Positions 25,965 to 38,269 of a stretch of DNA of 64,000 bases are shown piece by piece (position 1 is the stretch's first letter; every line of letters begins with the position of its first letter). The position numbers and the translations under genes were made by a program. Source of the stretch: Lama guanicoe (lineage: Eukaryota); contig MU053574.1 in the NCBI GenBank assembly GCA_013239625.1, positions 309,844 through 373,843 of the forward strand. The letters are read 5' to 3'. The notes beneath the pieces were generated by a model. It had not been told where the DNA came from, did no database searches, and saw only the letters and a program-made list of their open reading frames with translations.

Positions 25965-26918
25965 ATCCGGCCCCAGAGAAACAGAACTAACAGGTGCGTA
26001 TTATATAGAAAGAGTCACTATAAGGAACTGGCCTATGCGGTTATGGAGACTCGCAGGCCAAAAGATCTGCGGGGTGAGCCGTCAAACCAGAGCCCCAGGA
26101 AGAGCCAGAAGGCAGGAAGGTTCTGGCCTGAAGGAATCTGAGGCGGGGTCCAGTGAGCCTTGCGGATGGAGGTTCATAAGCAGTGTCCATCCCACCCCCA
26201 CCCTCTAGATCTGAAGGTAAGAAGAAGCCAGCGTCCCAGCTCAAAGGCGAGCGGGCAAGAGGAATTCTCTTTACTCGGGGGAGAGTCTGTTGGCGTCGCA
26301 ATATCAACATACACATATGCACCGTATGCGGAGAGAGCTGATGGCTACTCTGAAGCTTTATTAAGTTGCACAGTCTTATACAGCAAAGAAGAATGACAAG
26401 GGAAATGGTTAACAGACAGCGTCTGGCTCAAGGTCATACGACCCTTGATGTTTTGGTAAATCATGTTCGTGTTGGCACCAGCGAGCCTTACAGCTTATCA
26501 GGGCGGAGCATATGAGAAACGGCTGCTTCACAACACTCTTCTTGGCGTCAGGCGGCTGTGCCTGTCTCAGGTCGCCCCCCGCCCCCCGCGCCGGGGAACT
26601 TACCCGTCATTGGCTACCCAGCCTTCTCACCTCTGCGTCTGCAGCCTTTTATAACTTGTTTACCATTCTGGCCCAAGGCCCGTTCCTTTGTTCCCACAGT
26701 CGGGGGGCTACAGAGTCAACCTTTCTAGTCTGTGCAGGCCTTCGACTGATGGGATGAGGCCCACCCACACTAGGGAGCACAGTCTGTTTCATTCACCCCT
26801 GCAATTGGAATGTTTGTCTCCTCCCAAAACACTCTCCCAGATACACCCAGAATCACGTTTGACCAAATACCTGGGTGCCCTGTGGCCCATTCAAGTTGAA
26901 CACAAAAGTAACCATCAT
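25965..26918 (-). mobile_element. MLT2-type ERVL LTR, interrupted by the solo LTR
   Basis: cagagaaacagaac...aggaactggc...aggccttcgactgatgggatgaggcccacccacac...cacccagaatcacgtttgaccaaatacctgggtgccctgtggccc...aaccatca, typical MLT2 reverse complement. Confidence 0.8.
26288..26712 (-). mobile_element. Solo endogenous retrovirus LTR (425 bp), young
   Basis: TG...CA termini flanked by direct repeat GAGTC (26283-26287, 26713-26717). Minus-strand AATAAA at 26357-26362 with a TATAAG-like box just upstream. Many intact CpGs. Splits an MLT2. Confidence 0.85.
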
Positions 26919-27384
26919 GGCCACTTTCTAGCTGGGGCACTTTGACAGGTTGCTGGACCCCTCTGTCCCAAAGTCTTCTCAGCCGCTGTAATGGACGTAG
27001 TAATAGTCCCCTTAGGAGGTAGTGATGAGGAGTTATGGCCTAAGGTAGGTCAAGTCTTACGGCCCCATGGGTGTTCCGTATTATTATCTCCCACTAAGCA
27101 ATTTGTGTGGATTATCATATTTAGCCCTTAAAATAACTTAGTGAGGTACTTTTTAAAAAATTCTCAAATGGGAGACCCACAGTTGGCTGGAAGGTGAGGC
27201 TGGAATTCAAACCTGGTCTTTCTGACCTCAGAGCCCATGTCGCAGGCACTCCCCTCTCTCTGCTGCCTCGGGAGTCCCTGCCCTCGCGGGTGGCAGCCTG
27301 GGGGAGGACAGACATGCAAACCAGAAGTTACAGGTCACTTCAGTGGGACTGAGGACTTTCAGGCTCCTGGTACCTTTTGGGACG

Positions 27385-27660
27385 TGTGTCACAGGCTGGG
27401 TTCTCCCGGAAGCAGACCCTGAGACAAAGTCTTGGGGTAGAAAAGGCTTCATGAGGAGGTAACAGCGGAGCCAGGAAAGGGGACTGAAGCAGGATGGGGC
27501 AGGAGGAGCCGTGGGCTCAGAGGGCAGGCCCGCCCCAGGCTCTGCCAACCTGGCGGGGACCTCCCGAGGGAGGGCTGTGTTGGGCAGAAATGGCCGTGGT
27601 ACCCCTCCGTGCTTAGTCACTGGCCAAGGGCCGCCCCTAGAAGAGTGTGACCTTGCTCGA
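27385..27660 (-). mobile_element. LTR16-like ERVL LTR fragment
   Basis: tgtcacaggctgggttctcccggaagcagaccctgagacaaag...cttagtcactggccaagggccgccc. Confidence 0.6.
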
Positions 27661-29957
27661 AAGCTTAGGTTAAAATGCCCATAACCTGGTGAAGGAGTAA
27701 ACAAAATGTGGTCTATCCCTCCAATGGAACACCGTTTGGACACGAAAGGGAAGGAAGTGCTGATACGTGCTGCAGTGTGGTGAACCTGGAAAACTTTAGG
27801 CTAAGTGAAAGATGCCCGGAGTGTAGCTGGCATGTAGGTCCAAGTGGATATTCTATGTTATTATGATGCACTTTAAATAGATTATTATGTTTAAGCTTTA
27901 AAATAACCTTGCGAGATGCTGTCTTTTTTTCTTCTTTTTTTCATTTTTCTAAATGGAGACTTGCAGGGCCATGCCTCGTATGATTCCATTTATATGGCGT
28001 GTCCAGACTAGGCAAATCCACAGAGGCAGAGTAGACTCACAGTAGCCAGGGGCTGGGAGCTGGAGGATGGGGAGAGACCACTCATGGATACAGGGCTTCC
28101 TTTGGGGCTGATGAAAGTCTCCTGAACTTACATCGTCTTGATGGTTACACACTCTATAAATACACCAAAATGAATTGCATTGTACAGTTTTAAGGGGGGG
28201 ACTCATATCTCAGTAAATATGTTTAAAAAAAAAACAAAACAAGAACAGAGTTCAAGTCCCAGAAGATATTTACAGCTGGAGGCTGTACCAGTCTCCTGTG
28301 GCTGAACCACAAATTCTTCCTTGAACGGGGACCCAGTGGAACATGCTCGTGTCAGCCACACTACGGGGCGCTGGCTGACTGTCCTCCAGCCCAGATGTGC
28401 TTCTGGGACTGAACCGGTGTCCACACCAGCGTACTTCATCGATGATCAGTGTTGCTCAATGTTCCCACTGTCAGAGGTGGTCCCTGAGGCAGCAGGACAT
28501 TGGTGGAGCTGCAGGGTGTGGCTTCTGGCTCGTGCGCAGGGAAGATGGTGGGTTTCCAGGAACATGCAGGGACTTCTCACACAGGAGACCAGCTGGGTAG
28601 TGAGCCAGGCCCCCTCAAACACACACACGGAGCTGAAGGGACAGCGAGAGAAAAGGGAGTGATGAGTGTGGGTGCCCAGTGGCCCCTAAGAGCCATTGTG
28701 ACTCCACCGAGGTGAGTGCCCTGTATTGATGGCCGGCTTGCCCAGTGTGCACGGGCACAGACATGCCGGGAGAGGGCAATGTCGGGGCAAGTTTGGACAC
28801 TAGGCCTGCTGGACCCGGGAAAGGCCAGAATTTTTAGAGTCCTCCTGTGTCCACACACGTCCAGGCTGAGAGCCACTGGTCTGGATGGCACCACCGGCTG
28901 CTCAGACCGGCTGTCTTGGAGTGGAGCTCTGGCCAGCGTTCCACGTGTCCACTGTCATTTCTGTCCCAAACCATTTGCCTTTCTCTTCGGGAGAAGTTTG
29001 CAGAACTTTCTGGCTTCCAGCGATCTGCATTTCACGATCGTCTCGGGAGTGGTCGTGTGCAGAGGAATTATTCTCAGAAATTTTTAGATGACTTAAAAAC
29101 AGAGACCGATTATGCTGGAATTTGATCCTGGGGTCATTCTTACACCAGCCTGCTGCATTCTGCGTGGCGCGTGGTGAGCTGCCAGGCGCGCTCGCTGATT
29201 TACCCGTTAATGACAGTCGAAGAGAGTGTTCTTCCTGCCCCCGGAGAGATTTTAGACACTGGCACGGTAGATTTGCCGCTATCAATTATGCACAGTTTTC
29301 AACAAGAAATGGCCAGCGGGAGCCTCGTTTTCTCAGGAGTGGGGAGCGGCAGTGACGGAACATTGCGGCTGCTACCTGAGGGCAGGAGACATGATGCCCC
29401 GGGTTTTAAAATGAGGTTGAGATGTTTGGCCTTTCATTTTCAAATGGGACTCTTGTCAGAGTGAAAAAATATACATAATAAAAAATTTAAAGCTCTTCCC
29501 GGGAAGGGAAGCTCCCTTCCCGTATCCAGGGAGGCCTCAGGTCCGAACTGTCCGCAGCACCGCCCTCCCCCGTGGGCAGGTTTCGCCCAGCTGCGATGGG
29601 GGTCCGCCTGCACCTGCGGCCCGGGGCGCCGGGAGGGCCGGCACGACCCTGCAGGGCGGAGGGGCCCTTCTGTGTGGGGTGGAATGAGCCCCCAGCGGCA
29701 TCGGCTGGTTCCCTCACCTGCTCACCCACTCCTGCGCTACCCGTGTGCTTAGCTCTCACCACGTCCCTGCACGAAGGGCGCGGCGGAGACCAGGCAGCCC
29801 AGCCCGTCCTCACCCGGCTCACCCCAGTGCGCTCAGAGGGGTGACTCTTCTGCAGCTGACCCAGTTCTTACTTTGTATTTTTTGATCATCTAGGCACAAT
29901 TCACTTGCTCCTCCCAAGTCCCCTTTCTTCCTGCTACTTTTAGCTCCGTTTATCTTT

Positions 29958-30193
29958 TTTTTTTCTAAGTATAGTTGATTTACAATGCTGTGTTAGTTCC
30001 TGGTGTACAGCATAGTGATTCAATTATATATATGTTCCTTTTTATATTCTTTTTCAGTATAGACTTTTACAAGGTATTGAATATAGTTCCCTGTGCTGTA
30101 CAGTAGGACCTCGTTGTCTGTCTATTTAATATATAGTAGTTTCTATCTGCAAATCCCCAACTCCCACTCTACCCTTCCCCGCCCTGGTAACCA
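29958..30193 (-). mobile_element. 5'-truncated L1 3' UTR (cetartiodactyl/camelid type)
   Basis: Poly(T), then aagtatagttgatttacaatgctgtgttag...ggtgtacagcatagtgattca...gtaggacctcgttg...ccctggtaacca; homologous to the other L1 3' ends in this window. Confidence 0.9.
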
Positions 30194-30225
30194 CACCACC
30201 TGAAGGTGCCCGATCTCGTCTGATC
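30191..30225 (+). pseudogene. 5S rRNA fragment (about nt 9-44) fused to an L1 3' end
   Basis: CCACACCACC-TGAAGGTGCCCGATCTCGTCTGATC versus mammalian 5S CCATACCACCCTGAACGCGCCCGATCTCGTCTGATC (recalled): 32/36 identical, last 18 nt exact. Lacks the internal control region. Confidence 0.85.
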
Positions 30226-30869
30226 CGTTCATCTTTCAATCCGATTAGCTTCCTCTAACAGCTTGCCCATCCCTCCCCGCTGTCCCCAGTGCCGTCACCT
30301 CTAGACAGGGTTGCTGCCTCCCGCCGCCCTTGGACTCTTGTCCCGATGAGTCTGTAGCAGTGGTCACTCCTGCTTTGTGCTGTGCGATCACCCCACTGTT
30401 TGGCGACTGCCTCGATGTTGCCTCACCACTCGATGTGCCAGGGGCACACATTTTAGTTAAAGACGAGAAGGCCATTCTACTGTACAGGGTCACTTTGCCT
30501 TTCCCTTGGTGGCTCTCCTTTCTCTCTGGTTCCCTGCTTCAGTGGCGGTCATTGCAAAGTTCCCCTTGAGAGAAGACCCCTTGATTATACCGAAATCTGA
30601 GAGCCACTCTGCCTGAGCTCCAGCCCTGGCAAGGGGCTCCCAGTGGCAGAGGCTGAGCGTTAGTTTCAAGCGCAGACAGCGCTGCTGCTCCAGGGGGCCC
30701 AGTGCATCCTCCAGGCTTCGAGGGAACTGGGGCAGGAGGAGGTGTTTGAGCCTTTTTTGGGGAATCTGTTCACCTAGACCAGACTTTCCCAATTTGAATA
30801 TCAAATTTGGAAACACAAGGTAGGAAGGGATCTGTTTGTGCCTCCTCCTGAATGTCATTAGCGTGCATA

Positions 30870-32700
30870 TAATTCACATTTTTACATATTCTGGATACAA
30901 CCCCTCTATCCAATACAGGTTTCACAAATATTTCTCCCAGTCTGTGGCATGTCTTTCACTTTCTTAATGTCCTTTGAGGCACATGAGTTTTTTAATTGTT
31001 AGATTTTTAATGAAACCTAATTCATCAATTAAAAAATCTATGGATCATGATTTTGTTGTCATATGTAGGGAATCTTTAACCCCAGGTCACAAAGATCTTC
31101 TTCTAGAAGTTTAATAGTTTTAGGTATATATTTAGGTCTGTGATCCATTTTATTTAAGTTTTGTGAACGGTGTGAGGTACCAGTCAAGATTATGACTATG
31201 ATTATTTGCACACGGATGTCTGATTGTTCCAGCACCGCTGGGTGAAAAAACCATCTTTCTCCATTGAACTGTGCTGGTACCTTTGTTGGAAAGTAATTGG
31301 TCATATTTGTATGAGTCTGTTTCTGGACTCTGTTCTGTCCCTTTAATCTGTGTATCTAGCCTTCCGTTAACACTCATACTGTCTCGACTACTGCAGCTTG
31401 TCAGTAAGCCTTGAAATCAGTTTGTTGTTCTTTTTCAACATTTTTTGGTGATTCTAATTCTTTTCCAGAAACATCCTCCATATAAATTTGAGAATTAACT
31501 TGTGTGAAATCTTCAAAACACCTTCTTGGAGTTTTGGTTAGAATTGTATTGAATCTGTAGACCTATTAGAATTGACATTTTAACAATATTGAATATCTGA
31601 ATCCATGAACATGGTATATCTCCTCATATTTATTTAAGTCTTTGATTTCTTTTTAAAAATTTTTTTTATTGAGGTATAGTCAGTTTACAATGTATCAATT
31701 TCTGGTGTACAACATAATGTTTCAGTCATATGTATACATATATATTCTTTTCATATTCTTTTTCATTATAGGTTACTACAAAATATTGAATATAGTTGCC
31801 TGTACTATACAATATAAACTTGTTTATCTGTTTTTGATTTCTTTCATCAGTGTTCTGTAGTTTTCATTATACAGATCTTTTTACATATTTTGTTAGCTTT
31901 ATACCTAAGTATTTCATTTTTGTATTATTGTAAATGGTACTTTAAAATTTCAATTTTTAATTGTTTATTGCTAGTATCTTGAAAAGTTGGTTTATTTTTT
32001 GTTTATTGATTTTGTATCCTGTGAACTCACTAAACCTACTTATTAGTTATAGTAGCCTTTTTGAAGATTCTTCGGGGCTTCTAATTAGATGATCATGTCA
32101 TCTGCACATAACACAATTTTATTTCTTCCTTTTCAGTTTGTATGCACGTCTTAGTGCACTAGCCAGGACTTCCGATAAGACGTTGAATAGGAGTGAATAG
32201 TGGTGAAAATGGACACCCTTGCCTTGTTCCCAGTCTTAAGAGGAAACATTTAGTCTTTGACCATTAAATATGATGTTAGCTTTAGTTTTTTGCTAAACAC
32301 CTTTTATTAGATTGAGGAAATACCTTCCCTTTCTAGTTTGCTTGGAATACTTATCAGGAACTGATGTAAAATTTTGTGAAGTGCTTTTCCTGCATCTCTT
32401 GCCATGACTATATAGTTTTCTTCTTTCATCTGATAATATAGTTAGATAGATTACTTTTCAAATTTTGAAATGGATTTTCATTACCAGGCTAAACCCTAAT
32501 TAATTATAATGTATTATTCTCTTTATGTATTGCTGCATTCAATTTGCTAATATTTTATTGTTTTTGGATCTCTACTCATGAGGAATATTGGCCTACAGTT
32601 TTCTTGTGGTGTCTTTGTCTAGTTTCTGGTATCAGGGAAAGGCTGCCTGATAAAATAAGTTCTAGCCTCTCCTTTTCTGTTTTCTGAGTTTGTATAACAT
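30870..32700 (-). mobile_element. Old L1M-type ORF2 remnant
   Basis: AT-rich; degenerate ORF2-like minus ORFs (…KMDHRPKYIPKTIKLLEE) and typical motifs (tatctttgaccattaaatatgatgttagc-like). Confidence 0.8.
31653..31832 (-). mobile_element. Young L1 3' end inserted into an older L1
   Basis: TSD TTTGATTTCTTT at 31641-31652 and 31833-31844; typical L1 3' UTR between. Confidence 0.88.
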
Positions 32701-32879
32701 TGACATTGTAGTTAGTGTAGAATTAATATTATTGTATGGCTCATATTTTTTGGTCTGTCCATTTTTTTGTATACATGTGTATATTCATTAAACCTCATTA
32801 AACTGTAAGTTTATTTGAGGCCAGAAATCCACCCCTTCCCGTACTTTATCATAGTGTTTATTAACCACATCATAGTGCT

Positions 32880-33615
32880 TATTTTTTATTGTAACATATA
32901 CATAAAATTTACTATTTTAACTGTTTTAAGTGGACAGCTCATTTGTATTAAGTACATGCTCCTCATTGTGCAGTCACCCCCACCATCCATCTCCAGACTT
33001 TACTATCGTCTCAAACTGAAACTCTGCCCCAGTAAACAACTCCAAACTTCCCCTCCCTGCAGCCCCTGCTGCCACCATTCTACTTTCTGTCTCTGTGAAT
33101 TTGACTAGTCTAGATGTCTCATATAAGTGGCATCCTACAATATTTGTCCTTCGGTCTGACTTACTTCACTTCATGTAACATCTTCAAGGTTCATCCAGGT
33201 TGTAGCAGGTGTCAGGATTCCATTCCTTTTTAAGGCTGGCTAATATTACAGAGTGGGTATATGTCACATTTTGTTTATCCACTCATCCATCAATGGGCAT
33301 TTGGGTTATTTCTGCCTTTTGGCTATTGTGAATAATGCTGCAGTGAACTCAGGTGTGCAGATCTCTGTTCCAATCTCTGCTTTCCTTTACTTTGAGTATA
33401 TATCAGATGTGGAGTCGCTGGATCACATGGTAATTCTATGTTTGATTTTTCCAGGAACCGACATACCATTTTTCACAGTGGTTGCACCATTTTACATTCC
33501 CACCAGCAATGCACAAGGGTTCCACTTTCTCCACATCCTCACCAACACTTGCTATTTGCTGGGTTTTTGATAACAGCCATCCTGATGGGTACGAAGTGGT
33601 GTCTCATCGTTGTTA
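32880..33615 (-). mobile_element. L1MA/MB-type 3' end
   Basis: ccattctactttctgtctctgtgaatttgactag...ttcaaggttcatccaggttgtagc...ttacattcccaccagcaatgcacaagggttcc. Confidence 0.85.
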
Positions 33616-34029
33616 CATCATGATGTTCTGCATGGAGTTTTGCACGTGGTAGAGGCTTACGGGTTGAGATCAAGGGGCTACAAGAGCAGCCTCTGGGCAG
33701 AACGGGACACCATATTTACTTAAAGTCAGTGATCCTATGTCTTATCTCTCAGTTTATCAAATCTATCCATGGGTCCCGAGAAAATTCTGTCCCCCAGTTT
33801 TCAGTGAATTTAGCTCTCGGGCAGGGGGTAAGCTTCAAGGCTTTTGAGGAAGAAAGCTTCCTTTGTTTCCCAAACAGAACCCCAGGCAGTATGATCAGAG
33901 GGGTCATGATGAGGGTGGGTCAGGAGATCCCAGCTGTCATTGGGTGTCTGACATCAGCGTCCTGAGTGACAGAGTGTGAGCCCTCCCCTCTCAGTTTCCC
34001 CATCTTGTACACTGAGCACACTGGGTCAG

Positions 34030-34635
34030 AGCAGTGGTTCTCAGTGTTGGCAACATGCTGTTATCACTTAGCGAGCTTTTAAAAATCTCCATTCTCACAG
34101 CTCACCTTGGGCCAAGTAACGCAGTATCTCTAGGGGTAGGGCCCAGGCCTCAGTGTTCTCCAAGTTCCCCTGATGGTTCCAGGGCTCGGCCCCCGTGAGA
34201 CCGGGGATTAGAGCCCTGCTTCCCACAGCTGCCTGAGCGTGACTCACCTGAGATGCTGGTTTTCAAACACAGGTCTTCCAGCCCCTCCTCTGGAGATTTT
34301 GGTTTGGTAGTTCTGGGAGTGGTGCCCGGAATCTGTTTTTTTTGTTTTGTTATGGCTTTTTGTTTTTATTGAAGTATAGTTGCTTTATGATATTGTGTTA
34401 ATTTCAGGTCAGAACCTGTATTTTAGACAAGCCCTCCAGGGGATTCTCAACATCAAACAAATCTGGGAAATACAGGATGAGAGCAGCACTTCTCCAACCT
34501 CACTGTGCATACAGGTCACTGTAGGTCTTGCTAAAATGTAGATTCCGCTTCAGTGGGCGGGCGGTGGGGCGTGAGTTCCCAGCTGGTGCTGATGCCGCTG
34601 GTCCGGGGACCACACTTGGAGCAGCGAGGGATTTA
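34030..34635. mobile_element. Cluster of MER5-type hAT fragments
   Basis: cagtggttctc...tctctaggggtagggcccagg and gggcgtgagttcccagctggtgctgatgccgctggtccggggaccacactt. Confidence 0.65.
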
Positions 34636-35689
34636 GACCAGCCTGAAATTCTGCAAATCCCAAAGCAGGTGTGGCTCCCGCCCCTGGTGAACCCAGGCAC
34701 CCCCTGTACTCACACACATGAGTGTCTCTGCCTGGCACGCCCTGCTTTGAGCAGTCTTTGCTCTCTTTGCTTCCCCATTCTCCCTCTTCTGGCTGTTACT
34801 GTAAATGACTAGCGGAAGACAAAAAACTGGCAGGTGGGGGCACGCATGGGGTGGCATATCTCCGCAGAGCTGCCTGGGCTCCCCACTCCACCTGCCAGCC
34901 AGCTCTGGCATCGGGGCGCCACGAGCCTGGCTAATCAGAAGCTTCCAGCATGGAAGCACAGCTCCTCCCCAGCACGGCTTCTCCCAGCGACGTGTTTCAA
35001 GTCCCAATTTGGTGTCCTCGTGCTTCTGATCTCGCCAGCCTTTCACAAGCCATTCCGCTGAATGGCGACAAGCAGTCCTGATATGCTGGGTTAAAAAATC
35101 TTTCAATTGGGGCCTTGTTTGTTTATGAAGCAGCATCAATTATCAGGGATTTCCAAACTGGCTTCCTTTCTACTGGCGTCGGCATCCGGAGCGGCACCGT
35201 CAGCCGCCGGGCGCGGTGACAGCCGTGTTTTTGGTGTTGCTGTTGAGCCTCTCAAGTTCCGGGGGTGCGAGGCAGAGGGGTGCGGGGGGAGGCATGTTTG
35301 GAGTGTAGGGGATGAAAGCACATCGAAACAGCTGTGCTCCCCGTGTTCAGACGCTGCCGATCTCATGTGTTTTATTTGGTGGCTGTTATTTTGCCGCACG
35401 TGGTGAATGGAAATCATAGTCGAGAAGGCGTGCGGGGAAGAAGTGGATTTTCATGGCTCCCGCCCGCCAGGCTGCACTCACTTCGTGGAGGGGTGGCTGC
35501 AGCTTTCATCAGGTACCCACGAGGGGCTTCTTGGCAACTGGGCAGAAGTGGACCTCAGCAAATAGCGTGGGCGGAACAAGAGAAGGAGAAGAAAGACAGT
35601 GAGAGATGCTGGTCTTGAAGGAGAGCATTTGACTCACTTTTATTTTTTTAAGTTCACACATTTTCGGGAAGCAAGCTGCATTGGAGCGG

Positions 35690-36130
35690 CTAGGTGTATT
35701 ACATGGCCTTTGGATTGTGATCGCAGGAAACCCAGGTCAGTCTGGCTTAAGCAAAAGAGATTTATGTATCCATGTCGGGAAAGCACTGAGGGGGCTTGGC
35801 TTCAGGCACAGCTTGATCTGGGGCCCCAAACGGCCATTGCTCTCCTCTCTTGGGGTGGGTTTTATTCTTGGGCAGGCTCTCTCCGGGGCGCAGGCACCAG
35901 GCAACCCCAGGCTCCCAATAGCTTAGCAGCCCAGACAAAATGAAGCTCCTTCCTCTCTGGCAAGCCGCGGGGCAGCCTCTCATTGGCCTGGCTTGGATCA
36001 GTCTGCATCCTGACCCACTTCCTGTGGCCAGGAGGAGCCGGTACTCAGACTGGCCTCACCTGGGCCTCCCTCATGCCCAGCCCCACAGTCCTGGGATGGG
36101 CTAACTCCAAACGAGTCACAGGCATGAGAG
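35690..36130 (-). mobile_element. Old MLT1 (J/K/L-like) LTR
   Basis: aaacccaggtcagtctggcttaagcaaaagagatttat...ggcttcaggcacagcttgatctgggg...cattggcctggcttggatca. Confidence 0.6.
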
Positions 36131-37499
36131 GGGATTGGGGTGGCTCCCCAGAGGGGTTCAGGAAAATCACTGGGAAGCCGAGCGTGAGGACAGCGTGCGA
36201 CACCTGGGACAGCCCAGCTTTCTGCAATCTGTCATCTCCTCAGTCTGCCGTGGCCGCATCCTCTGTAATACACGAGGTTTTGACTCAGACCAGTGACTCA
36301 ATCATTTTTAAGAACTAGCACCCCTTTGAGAATCTATTGAGAAATGTGGACCTATCCCCTCCCAGAAAACACATGGAGCCCTCAGTTTGTATCTAAGTGC
36401 CAGAGGTCACAGGACCTGCAAATGTGCCTGGGTCAGAATCCCTGGTCCAGGTGTTATCCGAGGCATTGGATTCCAGTCCCTGGGAGGGATACTGGGCTCC
36501 CTCCAAACCTGCTGAACCAGCATTTCTGGGCCAGGGTGTTGGCATCCTGCACAGTCACAGACTCCCAAGAGGACGCTGCTGCAACTGGTCCCTGGGAATT
36601 AGGGGAACGTGTCTTAGATCCCTTCCAACCCTGGAATTAAGCATCATTCTCAACGCTACCAGTTGGTTGAATTTTTTGGCTGGGATGGAGCAGTCAGGCA
36701 ATAGGCAGATAGAGTGTAAACAGAACACTAGAACCGTGTGTCGTTTATTCACTTATTCATTCCTTCACATGAGTTTCCTGAGCACGTTCCCAGTGTCAGG
36801 ACACTGGCTGGGGGACGGGCATTGCTCTGACCCCAGGGGTGGCACCGGCGCCCAAGAGGCTGGTCCAGGGCCCATAGGAACCAATGCCCCACTGGACTCA
36901 CCAAAGCTCAGCCCCTTGGCAGCCCCTTCAACACATCTGGTGAATTCCTGGGATGACGGTGAGGGGCTTCTGTCGTTCACGCACTTGGAAGAGGCAGAGT
37001 ATTCATCCCAAAAGCCTCGCAGCCAAGAGTGGCAGTGGGAGATCTCATTTCTGTGCATTTTTGCTACACTTAGAGGTGCCTCTCATCTGAGTTGACTTAC
37101 TTGGGAGTGAAATGAATGAGGCTTTGGGTGCACAGCAAGTGTTGTCACTGACGTTGCCCCCCAGGGAGCATCATGGGACCTTGATGCCGTGACGACAGCT
37201 CTCTTCAATGTCCTGTGTCAGTCCTATCCGCTGGGCTGGTAAACGTGGGCTTACTTCAGTGCTGGGCACACAGCAGGCATTCAATAAGTGTAGATATGAA
37301 TTAAGGGACAAATGAGTAAACAGTAAGTGAACTGTGGAATATTCCAGAACTTATTGTTTTAAAAGCAAACTGAGACTGTCTGACACCAGAAGGCAGGGCC
37401 TGGATTAGATCTGCGGGCAGGAGCCAGAGCCCGCGGGCCTCTGCCCTGCGACCCGCCACCCCCAATCAGAGCGGCAGCACCTCCCACCTGTCCCATTTC

Positions 37500-37670
37500 C
37501 TGTACTGCTACGCCGGGGCTGGGCGATTCTTTGTGGTGGGAACTGTCACCCTGGCTTCTACCCACTAGATGTGAGTAGCACCCCGTCCCCAACTGTGACA
37601 ACCAAAAGTGTCCCCTTATGTTGCCAAATGTCTTCTCAGGGCAAATTAGTCCCTACTGAGAACCTCCATC
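37500..37670. mobile_element. MER20 DNA transposon fragment
   Basis: ctacccactagatg...tgtgacaaccaaaagtgtc...ttgccaaatgtc...ggcaaa...tgagaacc. Confidence 0.8.
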
Positions 37671-38269
37671 CTCCTTTTATTTAAAAAAAATTTTATATAA
37701 AAAAAGGATTCCATTGCCAGAGAGGGATTAAACCATCTGAACTAGGGGTTCAGGAGATGTAGTCCCAGGCATGCCCAGCTGGAGAGTCCTGAGTTATCAG
37801 AGGCGAGCGCTGGGTCTTTTCTGCTGGGCTCTGATTTGGCCTGTTGACTTTTGAGGGCCCTGCTCCCTTGGATCCAGAGCCCTTTGTGGCAGAGAGAGTG
37901 AGGAAGCAGAGAACACGCAGCCCCGCCCCCTCAGGGGGGCACAGGCAGGCAGAGCCTGGACCCTCAGGAAGGGGTCCAGGAGGCCAAGAAGAATAGAGCG
38001 CTCGCTGCCATGTTTGAGCGCCCAGGGCGCACAAAGCCTGCTTTAAGCTTGTCACACACTTCGTCTCCTTGAATCTTCAACACCATGAAGTATTATAGCC
38101 CCATTCTGCAGGTGAGGAAACTGAGTCTGAGGGAGGTTGTGTTAGTGGCCCGAGGTCACACAGCAGGTTCACGGTGGAGGTGAGATTCTAACCCAAGTGT
38201 TTGTGACTCCAGAGAATATGCTGTTCTCCCACCGGGATGGGGCATGTGCCCCCCGAGCTCCCCTGACTA

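Noticed and set aside
28847..29125. Protein-looking ORF (…QKFLDDLKTETDYAGI)
   Set aside because: Does not match AK8 or any family I recognise; would need tBLASTn/PhyloCSF.
30191..30225. Functional 5S rRNA gene, or a functional link to neighbouring GTF3C4 (TFIIIC)
   Set aside because: Only ~35 nt, without internal promoter; proximity to a Pol III factor gene is best treated as coincidence.
36397..37095. 232-aa ORF
   Set aside because: Runs through MER5-like and L2-like fragments; no protein family recognised.
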